From IMG/VR virus record IMGVR_UViG_3300044742_000097, positions 6,146-70,145 of that record: DNA of 64,000 nt. One strand, written 5' to 3'. Below are positions 18,841 to 28,932 of this stretch, one piece after another. Numbering within the stretch: position 1 is the first letter of the stretch; each line of letters begins with the position of its first letter. The DNA comes from a virus. The notes beneath the pieces were generated by a model, which was not told where the DNA came from, ran no database searches, and was given only the letters and a program-made list of their open reading frames with translations. Made by a program: the position numbers and the translations under genes.

Positions 18841-20460
18841 CTAACCGTCGTACGGATTGACTCGGCTCTTGATCTCATCGATCTCTTCCCTAGCCTCTCG
18901 CTCCCGCCGTGTATCTTCATCTTCAACAACCGTGAGAGGTCCGATGAACTCGTCCATGAACTTGCGAACCGCCTGCGTAGTTGTATCCAGCAGATCGTCG
19001 TGCCTGACGGAGCCCGGCCCCGTGTACGTACACACCTGACTGATTAACGGCTCTGCCCACTGCTTGAACTCCCCTTTCCGCTTCTCGCTCTCGACCGCCC
19101 AAACCCTGCCGTGAGCCCAGAGCGGTGAGACGTAGTGTAGTCTCGATAGTTTGTCTGCTCGCCGGGGATTATAGCCCTCTGTGAAGATTTCCTCTACCTC
19201 CAACGCCTGTCTGAGAGATATACCACTCCCCTTCTCCTCGATGAGTATGAGGTCTATCTTCTTCCCCTGAGGACCGGCTCTCTCCCCTATAGGCAAGATC
19301 TTCGGTCGCATCCTCGGCTCGTGAGGAGAAGCCCCATATCGTATCCGCCGGGCCTTCTTTACCCTCTTGATGAGCTGGGGTAGAGTCAACCAGTCTTCCC
19401 AGGCGTCAAGGAGTATGATATGACTCTCTATCTTCTTTTTACCGCTGCGAAAACGAATCGGCCGCTCGAACAATCCCCAAACCGAACAAGCGGTCGGATC
19501 TCGCAACTGCTTCTTCTTGTCGAACGTCTTCTCGGTAAATGCGGTATCCAGAGAGAGAATAATGAACTGGAACTTCGGAAGCGGCTTGTCCGCAGGCCAA
19601 ACTCGCCACTCGGACCGCTTGACGAATCCCTCCTCCTCCGGATCCAGAACCTCGCCGTGTAGCTCCTGCCGTCCGACCTTCGTGCCTTCGTACTTCGCAA
19701 CCGACTGAAAGAATAGCTTCGGCAGGTTCTTCTTGTTCTCGTAGGTGCTTCCGACTACGTTCACGACCTCCTTGCTCGATACCAGCTCGCGAATGAACGG
19801 GCTGGGCTTCGGCGTACCGGTAACCAGAAGGCGTGGATGCGGGCCCAGGCGAAGACCGAACATTATGTTGTCCCACGCCTCCTGGGGGTATAGCCAGCTC
19901 GCTATCTCGTCGAGCCAACCCGCTGCCGCCTGCGGTCCACGTAACCGCTCGGGCGTGTCGCCTGCGAACCCGCGTATTACAGATCCATTCCATAGGGTGA
20001 TTGAAGGGAGGGCAAGATTACTCGCCACGATGAGTTTAGGGGGTATGACAGAATACAGCCCCGTAGGACCCTCGAAGCAGACGTAACGAACGTCGTCTTT
20101 GGTGGGTGCCACCACGTAGTACTGACTGGAAAAGGCTGCGGCTTCCATACCGAGCCAATTGGAACCGACGAGTGTTTTACCCCAACCACGCCCAGACCTC
20201 GCTACCCAGATAGTCTTTTCAAATGTCTCGAACTCTTTCGGCGGCAGTTGCTTCTGCCTCGCCATAGCTCTCCACATCATCCTCCATCGAAGGAAAAGCA
20301 GCTCTTCCTGCGTGAACTGGGCTAGAGTATCTTTGTACTGTGTGAGCTGCGAGGAGATTTCCTGCGGCAGCCCCGTCAGCAGCGGAGAGTCGTAATTGAG
20401 AGCGACTCGCTGGTAGACCGTTGCGAAGTTGACCGTAACCGATCGAGTATGTTCCATCAC
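18841..20460 (-). CDS. terL: terminase large subunit
   Basis: Walker A SGRGWGKT, Walker B WLDE, nuclease SLDTA and HDDLLD. Confidence 0.93.
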   Translation of the reverse strand: MMEHTRSVTVNFATVYQRVALNYDSPLLTGLPQEISSQLTQYKDTLAQFTQEELLFLRWRMMWRAMARQKQLPPKEFETFEKTIWVARSGRGWGKTLVGSNWLGMEAAAFSSQYYVVAPTKDDVRYVCFEGPTGLYSVIPPKLIVASNLALPSITLWNGSVIRGFAGDTPERLRGPQAAAGWLDEIASWLYPQEAWDNIMFGLRLGPHPRLLVTGTPKPSPFIRELVSSKEVVNVVGSTYENKKNLPKLFFQSVAKYEGTKVGRQELHGEVLDPEEEGFVKRSEWRVWPADKPLPKFQFIILSLDTAFTEKTFDKKKQLRDPTACSVWGLFERPIRFRSGKKKIESHIILLDAWEDWLTLPQLIKRVKKARRIRYGASPHEPRMRPKILPIGERAGPQGKKIDLILIEEKGSGISLRQALEVEEIFTEGYNPRRADKLSRLHYVSPLWAHGRVWAVESEKRKGEFKQWAEPLISQVCTYTGPGSVRHDDLLDTTTQAVRKFMDEFIGPLTVVEDEDTRREREAREEIDEIKSRVNPYDG

Positions 20461-20765
20461 TTAAACTGCATTTCGAGCTGAACCTCAGCACGCTTCCGTT
20501 TTTCAGCTCGATGGAGCCGTCGTTCCCGTATCCCAGCCTCTCTCGCCCGTGCCTCAGCCTGTTTCGCATCCCGGAGTCTCCTATTCGCCAGCTCCACCTC
20601 GTCCATTGCGATTGCACGGCGGATCGTCATCTCGGAGCAATGGAACTGCCCTGCCAGTTCCTCGACCTTCTGTCCGTTGAAGACGCGAACGATCTGCCCG
20701 TTCCTCCAAAGCCTCCGGATCTCCTCGATGTTCGCGGCGGTGAGAATGGCCCAGCGGCCTTTCAT
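20457..20765 (-). CDS. HTH DNA-binding protein
   Basis: VEELAGQFHCSEMTIRRAI helix-turn-helix. Confidence 0.6.
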   Translation of the reverse strand: MKGRWAILTAANIEEIRRLWRNGQIVRVFNGQKVEELAGQFHCSEMTIRRAIAMDEVELANRRLRDAKQAEARAREAGIRERRLHRAEKRKRAEVQLEMQFK

Positions 20766-20950
20766 CTTGGCTCCCTCGTGATGCGGTATCCCTCGGGCGC
20801 GTCTACCCCGAGCTTGACCCGCCGTCCCTTGACCTCAAGTACAGTAATCGTAATCGTATCGACTTCCACCGCATCACTCCGGTTCGTTCCCGGGACGTGT
20901 TCGCGTTCGATGACGACGGCCTCAGTCAGATTACGGCTCAGGATGAGCAC
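20762..20950 (-). CDS. csrA: CsrA/RsmA-like RNA-binding protein
   Basis: MLILSR..E.VVI...ITITVLEVKG.RVKLGVDAP....TRE matches the CsrA pattern, with a loop insertion. Confidence 0.8.
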   Translation of the reverse strand: MLILSRNLTEAVVIEREHVPGTNRSDAVEVDTITITVLEVKGRRVKLGVDAPEGYRITREPR

Positions 20951-20951
20951 G

Positions 20952-21452
20952 TTACAGGCCGAAGTAGCTTCGGACGATCGTCAGGAAGATCAGGTCTTTC
21001 GCCTGCTGAATCGGCGGAAGCTCCTCGAACGGAACCAAACAGGGGTGGGTCTTAGCTACGATATCCTTCGTCGGCCCGTAAACCCAGCCCTCTTTCAACC
21101 GATACGCCATCCACTCCCTGTGATTCTGGTCCGGGCTCTCTGCCGGGTTCTCCAGGACTCGGTTGATCCCGGCGATGACGCTGTCCCGGCTTTGATCCCA
21201 GGAGAGTGTCGGCTCGTCGATCGACCGGTTCAGCGCCTCGACCGCCCCGTGGATCAGCCGCGCGCAGTGCAGGACGGCTGCTTCCTTCGGCTCCACCAGG
21301 TCGTACCTGATTTTCGGTAGAAGGCGCTCGAACCCGTCGGCCTGCGCCCGCTCGATCTCTTTATCCATTTCGGTCTTGCTCTCGTTCATACGAAAATGCT
21401 CCTTCACTCTGGCTGTTGTTTCTCGACAGACTCTTTCTACGTCGTGTTTCAT
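20952..21452 (-). CDS. RyR-domain protein
   Basis: HREWM....EGWVYGPTKD...KTHPCLVPFEELP..Q.AKD. Confidence 0.85.
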   Translation of the reverse strand: MKHDVERVCRETTARVKEHFRMNESKTEMDKEIERAQADGFERLLPKIRYDLVEPKEAAVLHCARLIHGAVEALNRSIDEPTLSWDQSRDSVIAGINRVLENPAESPDQNHREWMAYRLKEGWVYGPTKDIVAKTHPCLVPFEELPPIQQAKDLIFLTIVRSYFGL

Positions 21453-21500
21453 ACGCCCCCCGGAAAGGACCGTGCCTCCGCGGGCACGGCCCCGAATGGA

Positions 21501-21785
21501 CTAGCCCTTCTTGGAAGGCTCTTTCGGCTCCTCCTTCTTGGCGGGCGCGGACTCCTTCGATGCCATGGAAGGATTTGGGCTCTTCCCAGCAGCCAGCTCG
21601 GGATGCGCCAGCTCATGTTCCAGATCCGCGAGCGCGGCCTCGTTCTCCGAGGTGATCGCGTCCGGGTTCTGGAGAACGGTCTCCAGATCGCCGACCTTCG
21701 TCAGGAATTCGGTGCTGGCCCGCTTGTTGATGGCCCGGGACTTGAGATTGCGAACGGCTTGAAGTAGTTCCGACTGCGTTTTCAT
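21501..21785 (-). CDS. hypothetical protein
   Basis: AGGAG RBS before ATG at 21785. Confidence 0.5.
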   Translation of the reverse strand: MKTQSELLQAVRNLKSRAINKRASTEFLTKVGDLETVLQNPDAITSENEAALADLEHELAHPELAAGKSPNPSMASKESAPAKKEEPKEPSKKG

Positions 21786-22111
21786 GACTTTCTCTCCTGG
21801 AATTGATGGATTGGACGCTAACTGACGTTTCCACTCCCGAAGTATCTGAACACAAGTCTGCCTAGTGGGCAGGTATACCAGATTCCGAGGGTAGTAAGCT
21901 CCGTGAGGGCCGTTCGGCGTCAGCCCCAGCTCTCTCACGACTGCAAAGTTCATCCGAATGCTCATTGTTCTTACTCGTTTTCAGGTTGTTGCGTGAGTAG
22001 GCGAAATACCGTCCCCAGTTCCCTCGCTCAGTCAGTGAAATCAGTAGCTCGGCCTGATCTCGGTCGGGCCAGCTCAAGTACTCCTTGAGCGAAGGGTCCA
22101 GGTGCGTATAC

Positions 22112-22306
22112 TCACCGCCCGACACGGGTGTTCAGACCGCTCCACATCTCGGGAACGAAGATCCCAATCAGCCAGATCGCGACGAACACGATCACGAGCA
22201 CGTAGATGACCTTCTTCATCTTCGCGTCGATGAAATCTACTTGCCCCAGCGCCCACAAGAGGACGCCGACGACGAGTAGTACTCCGATGACTCCTAACAG
22301 ACTCAT
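22112..22306 (-). CDS. small two-helix membrane protein
   Basis: Two hydrophobic segments. Confidence 0.6.
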   Translation of the reverse strand: MSLLGVIGVLLVVGVLLWALGQVDFIDAKMKKVIYVLVIVFVAIWLIGIFVPEMWSGLNTRVGR

Positions 22307-22545
22307 GGCTGTGCTCCTGCTGCTGCTGCGTTTTCTGCGTTTTCGGTTTTAACTTGCTCCCTGCCCTCTGCAATGGACGAGGCTCTGACCTCCTTGACTA
22401 GCTCGTCCTTCATCGAGTTCGTAGCGTGGTGGATCTCCGCGATCCCCTTATGGTTTCTCAGCGACAAGTAGATCCCGGCTACGGTCCCCACGAGTGTGGA
22501 GACCGCAACCAAAAGTTGTGCTAAGGCTAAAAGCGTCTCGCTCAA
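22303..22545 (-). CDS. small membrane protein
   Basis: N-terminal TM helix, IH..TNS.KD.LV motif. Confidence 0.55.
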   Translation of the reverse strand: MSETLLALAQLLVAVSTLVGTVAGIYLSLRNHKGIAEIHHATNSMKDELVKEVRASSIAEGREQVKTENAENAAAAGAQP

Positions 22546-22547
22546 GC

Positions 22548-22880
22548 CTACGGCACCACTACGCCTGAGATGCTACCCCCCGTGAGCGGAGACACCACGG
22601 CCGGGCCGACCTCGACCGTTGTCTGCACGCGCAGATCCGGCCCGCCGAGCGCGTCGTGAAACACCGCAGCGAACATCCAACTGCCGTTCGACACGTTGCT
22701 CACGTCCTGGTCGAACTGGAACGCGGTCGGGACCACGTCGGGGCCGAGGGGCGCCCATGCCGACGCGGGCGCGGACGCCAGCTTCTGCTCCAGAGTAACC
22801 CCGCTGATGTTCTGGAAAGTGACCGGTGTGCTGTCTAGGCGCACCGTGGGAAGGACTACTGTCAGTCTAACTGTTGCCAC
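22548..22880 (-). CDS. FN3/Ig-like single-domain protein
   Basis: LPT.R.D..P...G.W.F...D pattern resembling FN3. Confidence 0.5.
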   Translation of the reverse strand: MATVRLTVVLPTVRLDSTPVTFQNISGVTLEQKLASAPASAWAPLGPDVVPTAFQFDQDVSNVSNGSWMFAAVFHDALGGPDLRVQTTVEVGPAVVSPLTGGSISGVVVP

Positions 22881-23018
22881 AAACTACTCCTCATCGCTCT
22901 TTCGCGTGGATCGAGCCGCCAACAAGCGGCGATACGACCGGTGATGGAGACTCGCGTCTCCGAAGAAGAAACAAAACTGCCAAAAGCACTACTAAACCGA
23001 GTGCTATGCCTACGAGGA

Positions 23019-24056
23019 TCATGGCGCTGCGCACTGCGCGTAGACCACGTCCGGATCCACCCCCGCCAGAAGATGCAGCCCCGCACTCCCCTTCGGAATC
23101 AGGTAAAGATCCCTTTGGTCGTCTGCCCGGGTCCCCCAGGCGTTAACCTTCTGCGTTCCGTCGCACGCGGTCCCGGCGTCTACACTCCCAATGTCGTTGA
23201 TGACCAGCGCATTCGCTACGGTCGAGATGGTATACGCTCTCAGAACCGCCGTCGCTCCTTTCGCCACTAGGCCAACCGGCGGCGCGGGGTCGGGGGACAG
23301 GATTCCAGGTATGAGTGTCGCCTCGTTCGAATACACTGACTCGTCTCCCACCGTATTGAACGCGGTGACCGCGAAGTAGTACCGCACATTCGACGACAGA
23401 CCCATCACGTCGTACGCCGTCGCGGTGGGGCTTGGAAGTGACACGTTGTTCGAATACACCCCGCTCTGCGTTCCCCAGAAAACCCTGTAGCCCCCCGGAT
23501 TCGTGTACGGACTGCCGTCATCGTTCATCGTCGGCGGCGTCCAACTCAGCTGCGCTGGCTCGCCGGGGCTCGGCACGGTGGCAGGAGGAATTGTAGCGCT
23601 CCACGTCCAACTCGGCGCTGCTCCGGTCCTCTGCAAGCTCGCCGCCCCAACTACGCCGTTCTCCCACGTAACTTTCGCGGTCACTCCCATCAGTCCGCCG
23701 GTGCTGTCGATGTCCCCTGTTGCGACTATCGGAGCGTCCTTGTCGGCGAGCGTCGTGACCGTGATCTTCTCGGCCTTGGTCCCGTCGGCGTTCGTGCCGA
23801 CTGTGGGGGCTATGGTGAAAGCCGGGCCGCTGACCCTATCGAACTGGTCCCAGACTGCGTCTGCGGTGGGAAGCAGACTCAGCTCCACGCTCGCGAGACG
23901 CCTCGTCTCCTTGTTCGTGATCGTTGTCGTGTGTGACTCGTTCGCTCCGAGCTGCACTGTAACGAGGGCCTGCGCTTGGATTGCTAGCGGGAGGAGGGCG
24001 GGTACGAGAAGGGAAATCGCTGATATGAAGGCTGTGGGTAGTGTTCGGGTATGCAT
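23019..24056 (-). CDS. secreted fibronectin type III domain protein
   Basis: GGAG RBS at 24056; signal-like N-terminus ending IQA/Q; LSW.PP...GYRVFWG..SGVY...YYFAVTAFN..G.ES.YSNE. Confidence 0.8.
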   Translation of the reverse strand: MHTRTLPTAFISAISLLVPALLPLAIQAQALVTVQLGANESHTTTITNKETRRLASVELSLLPTADAVWDQFDRVSGPAFTIAPTVGTNADGTKAEKITVTTLADKDAPIVATGDIDSTGGLMGVTAKVTWENGVVGAASLQRTGAAPSWTWSATIPPATVPSPGEPAQLSWTPPTMNDDGSPYTNPGGYRVFWGTQSGVYSNNVSLPSPTATAYDVMGLSSNVRYYFAVTAFNTVGDESVYSNEATLIPGILSPDPAPPVGLVAKGATAVLRAYTISTVANALVINDIGSVDAGTACDGTQKVNAWGTRADDQRDLYLIPKGSAGLHLLAGVDPDVVYAQCAAP

Positions 24057-24327
24057 ATGGTAGTCTCCGGGTTTCGTAGCCGTAGTATACGCGAGGCGGG
24101 GAGTCAAGTGTCACAGTCTCCTCCATGGGGTCCTATAATATAGGGAGGGTGGAGGTCGTTTTATAGTGTCAGAGGGTTGCTTTTTGGTCATACGGGGCTG
24201 CACGGGTCCTGCGCACGACCACCCTGGGTGCAAACATGTGGTGAGTGGGGTGGGGGTCGTTGCATCCTGCAATTATCCAATCACGAGATCGTCCCAACCA
24301 CGGGAACACGTCACACCACAGACAGAC

Positions 24328-24360
24328 AAAAAGAGAGGGCGACTAGCGCCCTCCCTCTTG
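24328..24360 (-). terminator. intrinsic terminator
   Basis: On minus strand GAGGGC/GCCCTC hairpin followed by a T run, downstream of 24377-24631. Confidence 0.6.
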
Positions 24361-24376
24361 CCTCGTGGTTCGAGGC

Positions 24377-24631
24377 TTAGCCTGCGAGTATCGCGCGAAC
24401 CTCTTTCGCTTCCTTCGCCGTCAGATCCCAGCGCGAGCCCTTCGAGTGAAAGGCAACCGCGCCTTCCTCTTCATCCTTCCGCCAGACGCGACGGAGCTTG
24501 ACGCGCGCTCGCTTCGGTTCGATTCCGAGATCCGAGCAGATCCGCTTCAGCGGAATCCGCGCGCTCGAACCGTTCGTTGCCTTCGCCGCTGTCGCGCGGG
24601 CCTTCCGTCCGACCTTGCCTTTCTTGGCCAT
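24377..24631 (-). CDS. basic HTH-like DNA-binding protein (paralogue family)
   Basis: Lys-rich tail then IPLKRICSDLGIEPKRARVKLRR...RW...AKEVRA. Confidence 0.7.
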   Translation of the reverse strand: MAKKGKVGRKARATAAKATNGSSARIPLKRICSDLGIEPKRARVKLRRVWRKDEEEGAVAFHSKGSRWDLTAKEAKEVRAILAG

Positions 24632-24849
24632 GCTACTTTCTCCGCGGAGATTAGCGTCTCCGGATCGCGGGATAAGCGATTCGCTTACCTTGGATCTAAC
24701 TATACTCGCCCGATCCGCGAAGAGTAGCCGATTTAACAATAACCAAGGATTTCCGACGAACGGTAGTCGATTTAACCCAGCCATTATTTGGGTGGAGTTT
24801 GGAAGCTGGTTGGTTCGAGGTATCGTGGCCCGCGGAGCGGGACGCGTAG

Positions 24850-25416
24850 TTAGCTGGCGTTATCGGGCTGGGGTCGGATCATGTTCAGGAGGGAGTTGAT
24901 GATGTCGCTCTTGTTCTCGACGCGCACGGCCTCACCCTTCGGTGTGGATAGGCTCACACGCTGCGCACCATTCCAGTGGCTCGGGGCGCGATTCTGCAGC
25001 CAGTATTTCTGAGCAGCGGTCTCGGCTGGGAAGTATTTATCCACCTGCACGACCTGCGCACCACGCCTAGTCCGCACAACTTCATCGGTTGTCTTGGAGT
25101 AACCGACGGCATTCCTGTGCAGAGCTGCTACCACTTCTGCGTCAGATACCATTCGGCCTTCTTCGATGGCCTTCGACATTGCAGGGTAGTAGGCTTTCCA
25201 GGATGCCAGGAGTTCGGCGGACACACCCATCACCACGGCCATCTCGTCATCAGTCATGCCTCGCATGGCGATGGCTTTCACATGATCTATGCGATCCGGC
25301 CAGAAAATGGTAGTTGGCACAACCTCAGGAGTTGTACGCTTGGCTCTTGTAAACCTTGCCTTGACACCACCAGTTGTGCGCCTAGTGGATTTTCGGACGC
25401 CTGTCTTTCGTGCCAT
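24850..25416 (-). CDS. terminase small subunit
   Basis: HTH (GMTDDEMA..MGVS...W), V..AL...A.GY, AAQKYWL.NR....W. Confidence 0.75.
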   Translation of the reverse strand: MARKTGVRKSTRRTTGGVKARFTRAKRTTPEVVPTTIFWPDRIDHVKAIAMRGMTDDEMAVVMGVSAELLASWKAYYPAMSKAIEEGRMVSDAEVVAALHRNAVGYSKTTDEVVRTRRGAQVVQVDKYFPAETAAQKYWLQNRAPSHWNGAQRVSLSTPKGEAVRVENKSDIINSLLNMIRPQPDNAS

Positions 25417-25763
25417 TCAAGTGCTCCCTGTAACCAATTCGCCAGAACCCTGCAGATACCAATACTATACCACTACATCCCGAACAAGTCTAACTGCTGT
25501 TTACTCCAACTCCTCCATACTCAGCCCCACTCCACTCTCCCTCTATAGGGGTGTTTACGCTGTATTGATGCGCTTGCTTTATTAAACGCTCGTTCCGCGA
25601 CCTAGTAGGTATCGATTAAATTGTATGATCCGTGTATTAAAGATCAATATAATTAGTAACTACCCTCCTATATACCTCTAACACTAGAAAGACCATTAAA
25701 TAAACCAATCTATTCAACTATCCCCTTTAATTTCAACGACTTATCTCTTATTCACCGCCAATC

Positions 25764-25792
25764 TTAACAACGTGCCGCCGTTGTTTTATACT
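25764..25792 (+). promoter_or_regulatory. sigma70-like early promoter
   Basis: TTAACA-17 nt-TATACT at the end of an AT-rich intergenic region. Confidence 0.65.
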
Positions 25793-25825
25793 ACGCTCCG
25801 CGGCTACGAACTCGAAGGAACGACC

Positions 25826-26326
25826 ATGACATTGCCCACTTCTATCGACACGAAGGCGAAAGTCCTCACGGTACTAAGGCGTGTCCACGAACTTGCCCAT
25901 TTAGCGTTGGAAGGTGACGAGAGGTTCGCAGTAGCTGCAGGACTAACGCCCAAGACGTTCCTAGCCGAGTACTGCAACGGCTATCCGACCGAATGGGTCA
26001 GACGCCTAGTAGCCGAAGGCAAGGTATGGGAAAGCGAGACGTATCTCAAGCCCAACCCCCGAGTACGCACACACGCGCTGCCTACGCGATATGACATCGA
26101 CAAGCCCCGCGTCTCCGGAACTATCCAGCGATATACATCCACGTACAAAGTGAGAGGGAAGGACAAGCTCTTACTGTGGTATGCGGCAGCCAACAGAGAC
26201 CTGACCGGGTCGCTAGGAGAACCAACGGGACTCATCCTCATACTCGACTTCTTCCGCTCCCGTCCAGTACAGCGTATTTGGAAGCGGCTACATCCAGGCT
26301 GGCGATTACCAGAGGACGCAGACTAA
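25826..26326 (+). CDS. hypothetical early protein
   Basis: GAAGGA RBS; first gene after promoter. Confidence 0.55.
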   Translation: MTLPTSIDTKAKVLTVLRRVHELAHLALEGDERFAVAAGLTPKTFLAEYCNGYPTEWVRRLVAEGKVWESETYLKPNPRVRTHALPTRYDIDKPRVSGTIQRYTSTYKVRGKDKLLLWYAAANRDLTGSLGEPTGLILILDFFRSRPVQRIWKRLHPGWRLPEDAD

Positions 26327-28640
26327 TGGCAAGAAAGCTAACACCCCACGAGTCGAAATACCGCCGCGACCAGAGGGAGCTATACAAGATCGTGGACGAA
26401 CAGGTGGAAACTCTATACAAGGCACACGTCCTGCGCGTCGGGCTCGAACCTAATCCCGTCAAGCGCGCAGCTATCATCGACAAGATCTACCTGCGAGTCT
26501 GTAAAACAATCGGCGTCGCACCCAGAGAGAAGGATCTGCTATCATGAAATACCTACTCACCCTCCAGCTCATACTACTTGGCGTACAGGTTGTCGCGCTC
26601 ATCGTACAGATGCGCATATACGGCCAGCTCATGCGCACCATACACGAGAGAACTAGCAAGAGCAGCGAAGACATCTACTCCGTCGAACGCCTGCGGAACG
26701 CCGTAACCAACCTCACGAAACTCAGGGAGAAGAACCCATGATCTGGATATTACTGACATTCTTCCCAATGATCGCCGTCCTCGTCATACGCGTTGACGCG
26801 ATATACCGCGTGCTTATCGAAATCAGGGATATGAATGCTCGCAGGTAAGCCGCACATCTATTTCAGGCGGGGCTACTGGCGAGTTAGCCCTATGGGGAAG
26901 CCATACTACCTGAAATCTCCCTATTGGATACCCGCACACCGATTCGTCCACCGACTAAACGAGAAGAGGAAATGAAGAGCAGACGCCAGGTTAAGAAAGA
27001 ACAGGCACGCGCAAGCGGTAAGCGAGCGGCCGCGAAACGCGTGGAGAACGATCTCAACGCGATCAAGCTACAGGAGATAGCCGCGATCATCGAAGCGCGC
27101 AGGAGCGACCGAGACCGGCGCTCAGACTCGCAGCTATTCCACGAGATCGAACGCATAATCAGAGGAGAACCGTAGTGGGTTGGACATTCCGCAATCGGAA
27201 TGCGCTCGGGGATATCTATTTCAATCCCGGGAGCCGCTTGCGTATTTCATCCGAACTCGGAAGGCGAGGGCCGTTCATCCTTTGGATACGCTGGGGATGG
27301 AGGGCTCAGTGGCAATTCGCAATTCTAAAACGTAGACCATTCTTCTTTTGGCTCAGGAGACCGTAATGGAAGAAATCGACATCTCATTCAATCACTGGTT
27401 TAACCAAGCGCAGCCTATAGCCGCGATCATGCAGGAAGCGCTCGAAGGACCTGTGGGAGCTAGCTTAGCCAAAGCGATTAAGGCTCAGCTCAAGCACGCA
27501 TTCACTCATGGGTACGCGCGAGGCGTAGCGGCAGAGGTCGCGAAGCCTCTACCCGACCATCCCCAGCTCGGGCCAGTGCGATAATGCTCGATCCCCTCTG
27601 GAGGTGCAAGGACGGACGCCAGCTAAAGGCGGGGCAGATGACGAACTCGCATCTAGCCAATTGCATTGCGAAGATCGAGCGGTCGAAGAACTGGAGGAAG
27701 CATTGGCTGCCTCGCCTTCTATTGGAACAAGAGATTCGGAGATTGAAATGAAAGTCTCAGACATACTGGAACAGATAGGAAACGAGCTGATGGATGAGGT
27801 ACCCAAGCAGCACATGTCGCTGGATTTTTACAAGAAGCTCATGTCCTGGTCGGGACGCTTAGCCGCTTGTGTAATCGAGACGCGCATACTCGAATCAGTA
27901 GCGGAGAAGAAATGAGATACTGCGCATTACTCGCACTATTCGCACTACCCGCGTACGCCGAGCGGCCTACCGTCGAGCCGTACATCGACTATGCGCACCT
28001 TAGCTCCATACAGCTACACAGCGACGCGAGCATGGACTCGATCAAGATAGGCTTTACAATAGCCAAAGGCAAATGGGAGATCGACCTAGCACAGGGCGTC
28101 AAGGTCGTTAACGGTACGCGCAATCCGACTGAGAGCGCGACCTCATTCGCAGTTCGGGTGTATCCGTGGAGGAAGAAATGAGACGATACGATCTGGTTCA
28201 GGGGTCCACGCAGATCAAGCTAGTGGAGGCGATGAACGACTTCCTCGAATATCACCCAGGCTGGACTCCACAGGGAGGGTTTCAGGTTGTGGCCGATACG
28301 CTTGGAACCTATTACGTTCAAGCCGTCTACCTATACAAGCCAGGAGAAGCGAATGAAGCCTGATCTATCCAAGGTACGCGAGCTAACGCCCGCCGAGATC
28401 GCCGAACGCAGGCACATGCGGGATAACCGGATTCCGATACCCAAGCGCAAGAAGAGAAAGAAGCGCAAGATTCGCATTGAGCACGGGCGGAATACCGTTG
28501 TAGCGACAGTCTCTATAACTCCGGAGCTAAAGATACGGGCCCAACGCGACCTAGGCGGGGGCAGCTTTACAAAGGCCGTCATTTCGAGTCTACTTGAGGC
28601 GCTTCTAGCCTTCGATAAGGCGAAGGAACGCAATCGCTGA
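26326..28640 (+). other. cluster of small, tightly packed early hypothetical genes
   Basis: Many short ORFs with stop/start overlaps; no recognisable motifs. Confidence 0.55.
27912..28181 (+). CDS. small secreted beta-strand-rich protein
   Basis: MRYCALLALFALPAYA/E signal; alternating-pattern strands ending FAVRVYPW. Confidence 0.55.
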   Translation: MRYCALLALFALPAYAERPTVEPYIDYAHLSSIQLHSDASMDSIKIGFTIAKGKWEIDLAQGVKVVNGTRNPTESATSFAVRVYPWRKK

Positions 28641-28654
28641 ATTAAGGCTAGACC

Positions 28655-28679
28655 TGCTGCTTCAGGATCGCTTATACTA
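28655..28679 (+). promoter_or_regulatory. repeated promoter motif, copy 1 (degenerate)
   Basis: TGCTGCTTCAGGATCGCTTATACTA followed by TCCCT. Confidence 0.55.
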
Positions 28680-28932
28680 TCCCTGACGGCGTAGACCCTA
28701 ACCGGAGGATGAAATGGAAAATACGAGAATAAGGCCAAAAGGTGATGGATCGCTCGGCTGGGCTTATCGGCCGGACGCCGTTACGGTAGCCGCACTGACG
28801 CGGGGTAGGTCCAAGCTCAATAAGAGCAACTTCACTCTAGGGATGGGCCGACCGCATATGGGCGGTAGTGGTAATCTGAAGGACGCGCTCGAAGCGGCCA
28901 GAGGCAAGCCGAGAGCGCATAGGAGAAAGAAA

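Noticed and set aside
28679-28932. CsrB-like GGA sponge RNA
   Set aside because: GGA count does not look clearly above chance and the motifs are not consistently in hairpin loops.
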